From positions 46,791 to 110,790 of the forward strand of contig JAFDVW010000018.1 of the NCBI GenBank assembly GCA_018268755.1: a stretch of DNA of 64,000 nt, written 5' to 3'. Below, piece after piece: positions 26,132 to 35,683 of this stretch; within the stretch, counting starts at the first letter, position 1, and every line of letters starts with the position of its first letter. Origin of the DNA: Acidobacteriota bacterium (GTDB lineage Bacteria > Acidobacteriota > Terriglobia > Terriglobales > Acidobacteriaceae). The translations under genes were made by a program, and so were the position numbers. A model generated the notes under the pieces. It ran no database searches. It was not told the DNA's origin and worked only from the letters and a program-made list of their open reading frames with translations.

Positions 26132-27380
26132 TTCCGTGCAATTGCCGGAGCGACTGCCCGCCAACGCCTCAGCCTGGGCGCCGCTGCGCGAGCCGCTCTT
26201 CCGCTCCCTCTGGGTTGCCGCCGTGATCTCCTATACCGGCACCTGGATGCAGAATGTGGGGGCAGGCTGGCTGATGACCCAATTGACCATGTCTCCCCTC
26301 ATGGTCAGTCTGGTGCAAGCCGCCACCACGCTGCCGGTATTTCTGGTGATCCTTCCCGCCGGCGCGCTCGCCGATATGGTCGACCGGCGGCGTTTTCTGC
26401 TGATCACGCAGGCCTGGATGGTGCTGGCGGCGGGCGTTCTCGGCGTAATCACGCTCTGGGGAGCCATCACGCCCTGGGTGCTCCTGCTGTTTACATTTCT
26501 GTTGGGACTGGGCGCGGTGATGAACGATCCCGCCTGGCAAGCCATTACTCCGGAAATCGTTTCGGCAAAAAATCACGCTCCCGGGGTGGCCCTGAATTCC
26601 GTGGGCTACAACGTGGCCCGCGCGGTAGGTCCGGCGCTGGGAGGATTGGCGGTGGCGGCGGCGGGTTCCGGAGCCGCCTTTCTGCTGAATGCCGCTTCCT
26701 TCTCGGGCGTAATTTTCTTTCTTTATCACTGGAAGCGCCCGGGCGTCGAGCGCGCGGAAAACGGCCGCGTACGCGACGCTATGCGTGCCGGACTGCACCA
26801 TGCGCGTGATACCCATGCGGTGCGCTGCGTGCTGGTGCGCACCGGGGCCTTTAGCCTGGCGGCCAGTTCCCTGCTGGCGCTGCTGCCGATTCTGGCCGCA
26901 CCCCATGGAGCGCGCGGCTACGGGCTGCTTCTGGCATCGTTCGGCGTAGGCGCTCTGGCCGGCGCCGGCCTTCTTCCCCACCTGCGCTGTCGTCTTTCCA
27001 CCGACGCCCTGGTATCCGCCGCGACCCTGGTTTATGCCGGGATGACCTTCGCCACCGGGCGCGTCCAAACCTTTCTCGAATTAGGCATAGTCCTCTTTGT
27101 CGCGGGCATAGCGTGGATCGCCATCCTGGCCACTCTCAACGTAGCGGCCCAGATCATGTCGCCTTCCTGGCTACGGGCGCGCTCGCTGTCGATGTATATT
27201 CTGGTGCTGCAAGGCGGCATGGCGCTGGGCAGCGCGGCGTGGGGAGCGCTGGCCACCCGCTTCAGCATTCCCCTATCGTTGTTTTGCTCGGCCCTGGCCC
27301 TGCTGCTGGGGATTGTGGCGGGGCGGCGCTATCGCCTGCCGCAAGACCTATCCCTGGCCCCTATGGTGGCCCGGGATTGA
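26124..27380 (+). CDS. MFS transporter (MFS_3/EntS-like)
   Basis: 418 aa and multi-TM. N-terminal FRSLWVAAVISYTGTWMQNVGAGWLM pattern typical of this MFS subgroup. 8-nt start/stop overlap with the permease gene. Confidence 0.85.
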   Translation: MADSVQLPERLPANASAWAPLREPLFRSLWVAAVISYTGTWMQNVGAGWLMTQLTMSPLMVSLVQAATTLPVFLVILPAGALADMVDRRRFLLITQAWMVLAAGVLGVITLWGAITPWVLLLFTFLLGLGAVMNDPAWQAITPEIVSAKNHAPGVALNSVGYNVARAVGPALGGLAVAAAGSGAAFLLNAASFSGVIFFLYHWKRPGVERAENGRVRDAMRAGLHHARDTHAVRCVLVRTGAFSLAASSLLALLPILAAPHGARGYGLLLASFGVGALAGAGLLPHLRCRLSTDALVSAATLVYAGMTFATGRVQTFLELGIVLFVAGIAWIAILATLNVAAQIMSPSWLRARSLSMYILVLQGGMALGSAAWGALATRFSIPLSLFCSALALLLGIVAGRRYRLPQDLSLAPMVARD

Positions 27381-27440
27381 GGTTTAGAGCAGTGATTTTG
27401 CAACTCGGCCCCGCAGCACAAATTTCTGGAGGAGCTTACC

Positions 27441-27998
27441 GTGCATAAGAAAATCATTCTCTGTACCCTGCTGTTGTGCCTGAGCGCCATGGCGTTCGCG
27501 CAAAACAAGAAAGAACCCAAGACCGTGGCGGAGGTGCTCGACCACTCCCTCACCAGCCTGGAGAAAGAGTTCGTCCCCGCCGCCGAGGCCATGCCCGCCG
27601 ACAAGTACGACTACGCACCCACGGCCGGCGAATTTAAGGGCGTGCGCACCTTCGGCCTGCAAGTACGGCACGTGGCCGCGGTAAACTACGCGCTGGGCGC
27701 GGCCCTTCTGGGAGAAAAGCCCCCCGTGGATTTGGGCAAGGATGAGAATGGGGCCGATTCCCTCACCAGTAAGGAAGCCATCGTCAAATATGCGCAGGAC
27801 TCCTTCGCCTACCTGCACAAGGCCCTGCTTACGGTGAACGACAAGAACATCGTGGCCCCCATCAAGAGCCCATGGGGAGAAGGTAATGTCACGCGGCTGT
27901 ATCTGGTGAACCTCGCCCTCAGCCACCCCTTCGATCATTATGGGCAGATGGTGGAATACCTGCGGCTGAACAGCATTATTCCTCCGGCCAGCCGGTAA
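27441..27998 (+). CDS. DinB-family (DinB_2) protein with signal peptide
   Basis: GTG start preceded by GGAGGAG. Signal MHKKIILCTLLLCLSAMAFA. C-terminal HPFDHYGQMVEYLRLN motif typical of DinB-fold proteins. Confidence 0.7.
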   Translation: MHKKIILCTLLLCLSAMAFAQNKKEPKTVAEVLDHSLTSLEKEFVPAAEAMPADKYDYAPTAGEFKGVRTFGLQVRHVAAVNYALGAALLGEKPPVDLGKDENGADSLTSKEAIVKYAQDSFAYLHKALLTVNDKNIVAPIKSPWGEGNVTRLYLVNLALSHPFDHYGQMVEYLRLNSIIPPASR

Positions 27999-28007
27999 AA
28001 AAGGACT

Positions 28008-28136
28008 GTCATGCTGAGCATGGCGGATGTTCCGGGAACATCCGCGAGTCGAAGCATCCCTACCGCCTGCACGGGGTAGGGGTCCTTCGACTGCATGGCC
28101 GCCTGCATAGCAGGCGGCCACTTCGCTCAGGAGGAC
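28008..28136. repeat. two REP-like units of family A (one inverted, one forward)
   Basis: Inverted unit: GTCATGCTGAGCA..[GCGGATGTT/AACATCCGC stem]..GAGTCGAAGCATCCCTAC. Forward unit: GGGGTCCTTCGACTGC..[GGCCGCCTGC/GCAGGCGGCC stem]..CTTCGCTCAGGAGGAC. Located between convergent genes. Confidence 0.75.
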
Positions 28137-28145
28137 AGCGATGAT

Positions 28146-29102
28146 TTAAAGTCTGGTCGCGTTGCCGCCCTTGTCGGTAATCGTGGTCGCGATCAGCTCG
28201 GCCTTCAGCTTCAAGGATTGCAAATGGGCGGCAATCTTCTTTTTTGCCGCCGCCGGATTTGCTTTGGGGTGGAGAAACACCAGCACGGAGGGGCCAGCCC
28301 CGCTCAACACCGCGTTGAGCACGCCATCTTTGCCTGCCAGCTTCTGCAATGCGGGCAGCAGGGGGCAGAGCGCGGCGCGATAGGGCTGGTGGATTCGGTC
28401 TTCGAGGGCCGAAGCCAGCAGGTCGCTACGTCCCTGCATCAGGCCGGCGAGAATCAGCATGGAGTTCTGGATGTTGATGACGGCATCGGCGCGGGAATAC
28501 TGCGCGGGCAATACCCGGCGCGCCTCCTCGGTGGAAAGCGGCTCCTCGGGAATGGCCAGCAGCAGGGGCCACTTGCCCTTGGGCACGATGCGCGCCACCT
28601 GCGCTTCCGTCTCATTGGCCATGCGGGCCACGGTCACGCCCCCGGCCCAACAAGCCGAGGCGTTGTCCGGATGATGCTCCAGACGCGAGGCCTCCCCAAT
28701 AATGCGGCTGTCGTTCCACTTCAATCCGCCAAAGTGGACGGCAAGGGCAATGCCGGCCAGGCGGGCGGTCGCGGAAGAGCCGCAGCCTTTGCCGATGGGG
28801 ACATCATTTTTCAGGCGCAGCGCCAGCGCCTGCACCGCCTTACCTTCTGCCTGAAGGATATCCCGATAAGTATTGATAATTAAGTGGTTGTCCAGCTGTC
28901 CACAGATGGCGGCATCGCGTCCGCTGGCAGTAAGGGAAAATTCCGTGGCCGGCTTGGCGCTGATCTTGAGAAACAATCCAAACGCCAGCGCAGCGGCGTC
29001 AAAGGCAGGGCCCAGGTTGGCGGAAGTTGCGGGCAGCGCCAATTCCAGGGCGCGGGCAGACGGCTTGCGAGTCAGCGATTTAACCGACGAACGAGTAGAC
29101 AT
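28146..29102 (-). CDS. thrB: homoserine kinase
   Basis: GHMP-kinase motif PIGKGCGSSATA. About 318 aa from the ATG at 29102, which lies 4 nt after the thrC stop. The longer ORF-track start would overlap thrC. Confidence 0.85.
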   Translation of the reverse strand: MSTRSSVKSLTRKPSARALELALPATSANLGPAFDAAALAFGLFLKISAKPATEFSLTASGRDAAICGQLDNHLIINTYRDILQAEGKAVQALALRLKNDVPIGKGCGSSATARLAGIALAVHFGGLKWNDSRIIGEASRLEHHPDNASACWAGGVTVARMANETEAQVARIVPKGKWPLLLAIPEEPLSTEEARRVLPAQYSRADAVINIQNSMLILAGLMQGRSDLLASALEDRIHQPYRAALCPLLPALQKLAGKDGVLNAVLSGAGPSVLVFLHPKANPAAAKKKIAAHLQSLKLKAELIATTITDKGGNATRL

Positions 29103-29106
29103 GTTC

Positions 29107-30495
29107 TTAGATTTGGGCGGCCTTCTCCGCCGCTTCGAGGGCCCGGATGACTGCATCCGGGGTGGCGTCGAGCACCATGGGAGTGCGCCGGCGCGGCGCC
29201 AGCGCTTCCGCCGCTTTCTCCTCCGGGGTTCCGCTAAACAGCTCGCCGCGATGGAATTTCAGCACGAAATCAGGGTCTTTGAGCAGATTGCCGGTCAACA
29301 GCAAAGCCACGGATTCCTGCGGCTTTACAAAGCCTTGCTTCACCAACTTCTTTAAACCTGCAAAGGTCACCGCCGAGGCCGGCTCGCAGCCGATGCCCTC
29401 GGCCCCAATCTCGGCTTTGGCCAGCGCAATCTCCACTTCGCTGACCTGCTCGACCGCACCGCCGGTGGCTTCGAGGACCCGCACGGCCTTCTTCCAGGAA
29501 GCGGGATTGCCTATGCGAATGGCTGTGGCCAGGGTTTCGGCGTGCACCGGGGTCAAGGACTTGCCGCCGTTCTCTTTCATCGACCGATACAGCGGGTTCG
29601 CCCCCTCGGCCTGAATGATGGAAATCCTGGGCAGGCGCGGGATGATGCCCAGTTCCTTCAACTCGAGCACGGCTTTGCCCAAGGCGGAGGAGTTGCCCAG
29701 ATTTCCCCCCGGAACAATGATGTGGTCGGGAGGCTGCCAGGCGAATTGCTCCAGCAATTCAATCGCAGCAGTCTTCTGCCCTTCCAGTCGGTAGGGGTTG
29801 ACCGAGTTCAATAGATAAACCGGCATGCGCCGGACCACTTCGGTCAGGATCCTGAGACAGCCGTCGAAATCGGTCTTCAGCTGGCAAGTCAGCGAACCGT
29901 AGTCGAGCGCTTGGGAAAGCTTGCTCCAGGTGATTTTGCCTTCGGGCAGCAGCACCAGGCTGTGCATTCCGCCACGGGCCGCGTAGGCAGCCATCGATGC
30001 CGAGGTGTTTCCCGTGGAAGCGCAAGCCACCCAGCGGAAGCCGGCTTGCTTGGCGAAGGTCGCCGCCGCGGTCATGCCGGTATCCTTAAACGACCCGGTC
30101 GGGTTCATGCCCTGGTGCTTGGCAAAAAGCTGCGGCACCCCCACAATCCGCCCGCAGATGGGCATCTCGTAGAGCGGCGTATTTCCCTCTCGCAGGGTAA
30201 TGATCTCGCTCTCCGCGATGGGCGGCAGCAGCTCGCGAAAGCGCCACACGCCGCTTTGATCGGCGGCGGCGCGCGAAGTCCGGCGGCCCTTCCACAGGGC
30301 GGTCAGAGCGGCGGCATCCAGGCCCGAGGCTTTCTTCGTCGCAGCCCACTCTGGGTAGATGATTTCCAGCAAATCTCCGCAGACGGGGCAGCGCATGTCC
30401 TGCTTGGCTTCCGGAGAGAGAGCGCCGCACTGAATGCAACGCATTTGCAGGGCGCTGCCGGTAGAGTTTGAGACGGGATCTGTCACTTGAGTCAT
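29107..30495 (-). CDS. thrC: threonine synthase (long form with N-terminal zinc ribbon)
   Basis: PLP-lysine context NPTGSFKDTGM, a CxxC...CxxC N-terminus (CIQCGA...CPVCGD), and a GNLGN-type segment. 462 aa. Confidence 0.9.
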   Translation of the reverse strand: MTQVTDPVSNSTGSALQMRCIQCGALSPEAKQDMRCPVCGDLLEIIYPEWAATKKASGLDAAALTALWKGRRTSRAAADQSGVWRFRELLPPIAESEIITLREGNTPLYEMPICGRIVGVPQLFAKHQGMNPTGSFKDTGMTAAATFAKQAGFRWVACASTGNTSASMAAYAARGGMHSLVLLPEGKITWSKLSQALDYGSLTCQLKTDFDGCLRILTEVVRRMPVYLLNSVNPYRLEGQKTAAIELLEQFAWQPPDHIIVPGGNLGNSSALGKAVLELKELGIIPRLPRISIIQAEGANPLYRSMKENGGKSLTPVHAETLATAIRIGNPASWKKAVRVLEATGGAVEQVSEVEIALAKAEIGAEGIGCEPASAVTFAGLKKLVKQGFVKPQESVALLLTGNLLKDPDFVLKFHRGELFSGTPEEKAAEALAPRRRTPMVLDATPDAVIRALEAAEKAAQI

Positions 30496-30706
30496 GGATT
30501 CTTGGGACTATTAAGAATAGGGGAATTCCGCATTCTGCGCCACTTCCCGGTGTCCACTTTCTTACTACAGAAGACTTGTGTGGCGTGGACACTTTGCCCG
30601 CGCTATTTTCCGGCGGATAAGCCGGGGGGACATGAGTGTCCGCCCCAAAATCACGGTCAGTCCTCCCCGCTTAATCTTGTTTTACACTGACCATGCAGGA
30701 GACTCC

Positions 30707-31906
30707 ATGAACCCCGACTATCGCCCTGAGACCAAGGCCGTTCGCGGCGGCGCGGACCTGGAAAAGAAAAATGGCCCGCTGGCCACCCCCATTTACCAGA
30801 CTTCCACTTTTGAAGTCACGGACAATGATCAGCAACTGCGGGTCACGCCCACGGACATGTTCTACTCCCGCTACGGCAACCCCACGAACACCGTGGTGGA
30901 AAAGACCATTGCCCAGTTGGAAGGCACAGAAGCCGCCCTGGTGTTCTCCTCCGGCATGAACGCCATCACTACTTCGATACTCGCCCTGGTGAAGAGCGGG
31001 GACCACATTGTGGCGCAGCGTGATGTGTATGGCGGGGTCACTAAATTTCTGAGCACGTGGCTGCCCCGGCTGGGCGTAGAAACGACATTCGTCGACACCA
31101 CGGAGTACACACAGTACGAGCAGGCTATCCGTCCCAACACGAAATTGATCCACATTGAGTCGCCCACCAATCCCACGCTTCGAGTGGTGGACATGGAGCG
31201 GGTCGCCGGCATCGCCAAAAAACACGGCCTGCGGACTTTGATGGACGCCACCTTTGGCACACCCATCAACCAGCGTCCCATCGAATTTGGCATCGACCTG
31301 GTCCTGCACTCGGGTACGAAGTTTTTTGCCGGGCACTCGGATGTGATTTGTGGGGTCGCCGCCGGCGGTAAAGATCTGATCGATGCCATCCGCAGCACCC
31401 GGACTACTCTGGGAGGAAATATGGACCCGCACGCGGCCTGGCTGCTGCTGCGCGGCATCAAGACGCTGGCCGTACGCGTGCAGCGGCAGAATGAGAGTGC
31501 GCTACGCGTCGCCGAGTTCCTGGAGCAACACCCCAAGGTAGCGCGCGTGCACTATCCCCTGCTGGCCGGCCATCCCCAGTATGATTTGGCGCAGCGGCAG
31601 ATGAAGGGGGGCGGAGGCATGCTGAGCTTTGAAGTGCAGGGTACGGGCGATGACGCGCGCCGGCTCACCGAAGCCCTGCGGCTGTTCACCCTGGCCCCCA
31701 GCCTGGGTGGCGTGGAATCACTGGTGACCATTCCAGCGCTGACCTCGCATGCCATGATTTCTCCCGAACATCGCGCCCAAATGGGCGTGACCGACCAGAT
31801 GGTACGGCTCTCCGTCGGCGTAGAGAGCGCGGAAGACCTGGTCGCCGACCTGGAGCAGGCTTTGCGCGTGGTGGAAGCCGTCCCGGTCTCCAGCCGGGCC
31901 CGCTAG
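30707..31906 (+). CDS. Cys/Met-metabolism PLP-dependent enzyme (cystathionine gamma-synthase/lyase or methionine gamma-lyase family)
   Basis: PLP-lysine motif HSGTKFFAGHSD. N-terminal TKAVRGG...PIYQTSTF. Start set to the ATG at 30707, preceded by AGGAG. Confidence 0.88.
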   Translation: MNPDYRPETKAVRGGADLEKKNGPLATPIYQTSTFEVTDNDQQLRVTPTDMFYSRYGNPTNTVVEKTIAQLEGTEAALVFSSGMNAITTSILALVKSGDHIVAQRDVYGGVTKFLSTWLPRLGVETTFVDTTEYTQYEQAIRPNTKLIHIESPTNPTLRVVDMERVAGIAKKHGLRTLMDATFGTPINQRPIEFGIDLVLHSGTKFFAGHSDVICGVAAGGKDLIDAIRSTRTTLGGNMDPHAAWLLLRGIKTLAVRVQRQNESALRVAEFLEQHPKVARVHYPLLAGHPQYDLAQRQMKGGGGMLSFEVQGTGDDARRLTEALRLFTLAPSLGGVESLVTIPALTSHAMISPEHRAQMGVTDQMVRLSVGVESAEDLVADLEQALRVVEAVPVSSRAR

Positions 31907-31918
31907 CCTTTACCCTGG

Positions 31919-31953
31919 AAAAAAAGATCCCGGCCTATGCAGGCCAGGATCTT
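31919..31953. terminator. bidirectional-looking rho-independent terminator between convergent genes
   Basis: AAAAAAA-AGATCCCGGCC-TATGCA-GGCCAGGATCT-T: an 11-bp stem with one mismatch. On the minus strand it is followed by an 8-T run, directly after the TonB-receptor stop at 31972. Confidence 0.55.
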
Positions 31954-31971
31954 AGTCTTGAGTGTTTTCCT

Positions 31972-34900
31972 CTAGAACATGAACTTCAACCCCAACTGCA
32001 GAATGCGGGGGTTGTGCGCGGAAGAAACCCGCAGGAAGCCGGACGTGGGATCCAGGTTGAAGCTGTTGTTGCCGTCTCCACCCGCCGAGCCTGCATCGCC
32101 GGCAATCCCTCCCCACTGCGTGTGGTTGAACACGTTGTAGGCTTCGGCACGGAACTCGAAGGCCATGCTCTCGCGCAGAGCAAAGTGCTTGAAGATGGCC
32201 ATATCGAAGTTGGTGCGTCGAGGATTGTTCAGAATATTTCTGCCGGCATCTCCAAATGTCAACCCACGCGGGGCCGCAAATGCATTCGGGTTGTAGAAGA
32301 GGGGGCCGAATCCATCCAACGGAGATTGGGTCACACCCCCGCGTGGGTCGCCGACGATATCCGGACGGGAGGCAGAACCGATCCCGTTCGCCACCCCAGC
32401 GTTGTCTGTTGGGTAGACCACGCTGAAGGGCGTTCCTGCGGACACCGTAGCGATTCCGGAATACTGCCATCCGCCCAGCACCTTATTGGCTACGCCGGGA
32501 GTCTTGAAAAAGGGCAAGTCCCACACGTAAGCGAAGGTGAAGATGTGGCGCTGGTCGAAGTTCGAGCTAGCGCGATTGAGGGATGGGTTGAAGGAATCGA
32601 CAAAGCTGCCGTCAAAACGGTCGGAAGAATCGTCGATCGAGTGACTGTAGGTATAAGCGCCGCTCAGCTGCAATCCGCCCACATTGCGCCGGATGGAAGC
32701 CTGCAACGCATGGTAGATGGAAGAAGCCGCGAACTCCAGGTGGCTGATGTCGGCATAGCCCTGGTACTTGCGGTAGACGTCCTGATTGGCGCCGCAAGCC
32801 GCAACGCCCAGGTTGATCGCCGCCTGTCCGGTCACGGGATTGCCATTGACCGTCATATTCTCGCAATCGGTGTTGTAGGTCGCCGACGTTGGATCGGTGT
32901 CGATGGACTCACCCGGGGCGTAGGGATTTTCCGCGTCCGTTAACACCGGCAGCTGGTTCAGGTTGGTTTGACGATTCAGGTGGGTTCCCTTGCTGCCCAC
33001 GTAAGAAATCGTGGCCACGGTATTGGAGGCAATCTCCTGCTGCACATCCAGGTGCCACTGCTGGATGTAGGGCCAGACTGCCTTGGTGGGAACGGAAACC
33101 ACACTCAAAGGCAGGACGCCGACCGGCTCGCCGGCCGAGGTCCCGATGAGGGTGTATCCCGAGGAAAGACCGGGACCCACGATGTTGGTCTGCTGGCTGG
33201 TGGTGGCGAGAGGCGGAGAATTTTCCAGCGACTCGCTATTCCCCTCGTTGCCGTTGGCATGCTCAAAGAACACGCCATAGCCGCCCCGAATGGCCGTCTT
33301 GCCATTGCCACGCGGGTCCCAGGCAAACCCAATGCGCGGCGCGGGATTGAACATGTGCCCTTGCATGCAGCTGACCGGAACTCCCGGGGTCACGCCGCAC
33401 TGCACAATGCCGTTGGGCAGATTGGAAACGGAAGCAGGGTTGCCGTCAGCGGTTAGATTGAACACTTGCCCGCTATCGGGATCCACCACTGTCCCGCGGT
33501 TGAGGTCGTACTTAGAGGGATCGAAGTTAAATGCCTGGTGATACTTCTCGCGGTACGTGCCATACAGGCTGACCCGCAAGCCCAGGTTCAAGGTCAAACG
33601 ATTGGTGATGCGCCAGTCATCCTGGAAATAGGGCTCGAAGATCTTATAACGGTTGTAGTACTTGACTCGCTGGTCTTGCTGCCCAAAGCTGGAAATCCGC
33701 CCCAGCAGAAGATCGGCAAAGGGGTTGCCCGTGGATACCGCCGCATTGGAGGCATCGAAGGTGATATACCCGGGAATGGACCCGGCGGCCAGCTCGCCAC
33801 CCAGCTCATTCTTTTGCCCAGCGACAAAATAGGCGCCGAACTGAAGATTGTGCTTGCCCAGAATCTTGCTCACGTTGTCCCGATAGGTGTAAGTCGGGTT
33901 GGCGTTGTAAGGGCCGTTGGGGAGATAGCCTACATCCTGACCGAAGCCGCCTCCGTAAGCATCGCCCACCAGGTTGATGCCGGGCATGAAGCCCTCGCCG
34001 TTGCCCCCGAAGAGGTCGCCGAAGGTGGCATTGCTGGGACGCCGCCAGTTTCCGGTGGGACGCAGGTCAATGTGGTCGGTGGTGTAGCTGGCCACAAACT
34101 CATTGAGCAGCGTCGCCGAGAAGGTGGAATTCAACCGGGCCACAACACTTATGCCGGGCCCCTTGAAGTCGGTGCCGATGGTGGGAAAGGTACCGGCATT
34201 GGTCCACAGCGGTGTCGTCTCCGTCGTCTGCCAGGAGTCGTGGATATAGCGGAAGGTCAGCCGGTTCTTATCGTTCAGGTTGTGATCGATACGCAGCAGT
34301 TCTTCGCGCCAGGTGGTGGGCTGGGTAAGCGCCGCGATGTAGCGTGAGCTCGCACCGCTGCCACTGGTAGGCGTGGGAATCAGACTGAGCAGGGCCTGCA
34401 CATTGGGATCGTTGGGATCAAACCCCGCCCCGGTCAGGTCCGCCGTCGGAGTTCCACCTACCACTGGGCAGAAGCCGTCCGGGCTGTCGCATTGGTCGGT
34501 GAAGTCCCCGGCACGCTCTTCCAGCGAAGGCACCGACTGGTTGAAATCGTTGGGCACTTTGTCACGCCGCCACTCCTGCGACCAGAAGAAGTAGGTCTTG
34601 TTCTTCCAGATGGGCCCACCCAGGGTGTACCCGAAATCGTGCTTTTTGTAGGGCGGCACTTCCGACTCAAAGTAGTTGCGCGCGTTGAAGGCGTCGTTGC
34701 GCACAAATTCGTAGGCCACGCCGTGAAACTGATTGGTGCCGGATTTGGTCTCCACTTCGACGGTGCCGGAACCGTTGCGTCCGTACTGCGCTCCGTAGTT
34801 CGAGGTCAATACTTTAAACTCGGCGATGGCTTCCAGGCTGGGATAAACGTTCAGCGTGTTATTGCTGCCGTTGTCCATGTTGTCGCCGCCATCGAGCTCC

Positions 34901-35481
34901 CAGTTGTTGTATTCGGTGCGGCCGCCGTTGATGCTGAAGCTCACGTTGCCGCCGATGCCCACCTGGCCTTCGTCCTGTCCCGTCTGATTGCTGACTCCGG
35001 GAACCAAGGTCACCAGCTGCGTGAAATTGCGTCCGTTCAACTGCAGCTGGGTAATTTCCTTGCCCGTCACCGTGCCGGCGAGGTCCGAGGACTGGGTCTC
35101 CACCTGGGCCACCGTGGAGCCTTCCACCGTCACCTGGGTGTTGGTGGCGCCGACCTGCAAGGCGACATCGACGCGCGCCTTCTGGGCCACGCGCAGGATG
35201 ACACCTTTGGCTTCGTACCTGGTAAACCCTTCCGCCACCACCGCCACGTTGATGGGGCCGGAGGGCAGTCCGCCCACCAGATAGTCTCCGCTTTCATTGG
35301 TGGTGGTGGTGCGGTTGATGCCCCGCTCCGCGCTGCTGACCGTAACTTGCGCATTGGGGACCGCGGCCCCCGTAGGATCGGTGACGGTTCCTGTGACGGA
35401 AGCTGTGTCCTGCGCCCACAACATGGCAGGAACCAGCACGATGGAAAGAAGCGCCCAACAACAAGCGCGGCGAACTCGCAT
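31972..35481 (-). CDS. TonB-dependent receptor with N-terminal carboxypeptidase-regulatory-like domain
   Basis: Signal peptide (ALLSIVLVPAMLWAQD). CarboxypepD_reg-like SVTGTVTDPTGAAVPNAQVTV...GDYLVGGLPSG. Plug-like region and long beta-barrel ending in LGLKFMF. ATG at 35481 has an AAGGAGGG SD; the track start is a TTG two codons upstream. Confidence 0.9.
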   Translation of the reverse strand: MRVRRACCWALLSIVLVPAMLWAQDTASVTGTVTDPTGAAVPNAQVTVSSAERGINRTTTTNESGDYLVGGLPSGPINVAVVAEGFTRYEAKGVILRVAQKARVDVALQVGATNTQVTVEGSTVAQVETQSSDLAGTVTGKEITQLQLNGRNFTQLVTLVPGVSNQTGQDEGQVGIGGNVSFSINGGRTEYNNWELDGGDNMDNGSNNTLNVYPSLEAIAEFKVLTSNYGAQYGRNGSGTVEVETKSGTNQFHGVAYEFVRNDAFNARNYFESEVPPYKKHDFGYTLGGPIWKNKTYFFWSQEWRRDKVPNDFNQSVPSLEERAGDFTDQCDSPDGFCPVVGGTPTADLTGAGFDPNDPNVQALLSLIPTPTSGSGASSRYIAALTQPTTWREELLRIDHNLNDKNRLTFRYIHDSWQTTETTPLWTNAGTFPTIGTDFKGPGISVVARLNSTFSATLLNEFVASYTTDHIDLRPTGNWRRPSNATFGDLFGGNGEGFMPGINLVGDAYGGGFGQDVGYLPNGPYNANPTYTYRDNVSKILGKHNLQFGAYFVAGQKNELGGELAAGSIPGYITFDASNAAVSTGNPFADLLLGRISSFGQQDQRVKYYNRYKIFEPYFQDDWRITNRLTLNLGLRVSLYGTYREKYHQAFNFDPSKYDLNRGTVVDPDSGQVFNLTADGNPASVSNLPNGIVQCGVTPGVPVSCMQGHMFNPAPRIGFAWDPRGNGKTAIRGGYGVFFEHANGNEGNSESLENSPPLATTSQQTNIVGPGLSSGYTLIGTSAGEPVGVLPLSVVSVPTKAVWPYIQQWHLDVQQEIASNTVATISYVGSKGTHLNRQTNLNQLPVLTDAENPYAPGESIDTDPTSATYNTDCENMTVNGNPVTGQAAINLGVAACGANQDVYRKYQGYADISHLEFAASSIYHALQASIRRNVGGLQLSGAYTYSHSIDDSSDRFDGSFVDSFNPSLNRASSNFDQRHIFTFAYVWDLPFFKTPGVANKVLGGWQYSGIATVSAGTPFSVVYPTDNAGVANGIGSASRPDIVGDPRGGVTQSPLDGFGPLFYNPNAFAAPRGLTFGDAGRNILNNPRRTNFDMAIFKHFALRESMAFEFRAEAYNVFNHTQWGGIAGDAGSAGGDGNNSFNLDPTSGFLRVSSAHNPRILQLGLKFMF

Positions 35482-35683
35482 ATCCAACCCTCCTTGGCCA
35501 GCTTCCGGGAGGAAGCTGCGGTTTAGGGGACGTCGGCCAGGCCCCGTCCCTACAAGCTCCGGCTCGCCTGCCCCACGCAGGCCAGATGGAAAGCTTTTAT
35601 TAAAACGTATGAATAGTGCGATATATTGATTTTTGAAGTCAAGCGAAAAATATTCTTTTGCCTGGACGGGGCCCGCAAACCCT

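Noticed and set aside
29103-29156. Longer thrB start at 29156
   Set aside because: It would overlap thrC by 50 nt and add an Arg/Pro-rich peptide. The ATG at 29102 sits 4 nt after the thrC stop and gives a normal-length homoserine kinase.
30496-30706. SAM-I riboswitch upstream of the Cys/Met PLP enzyme gene
   Set aside because: I could not find the conserved SAM-I core elements (GAGGGA...GGCCC..TGAA, GCAACC, AGATAAG-type closing helix). It is kept only as an unclassified structured leader in the findings.
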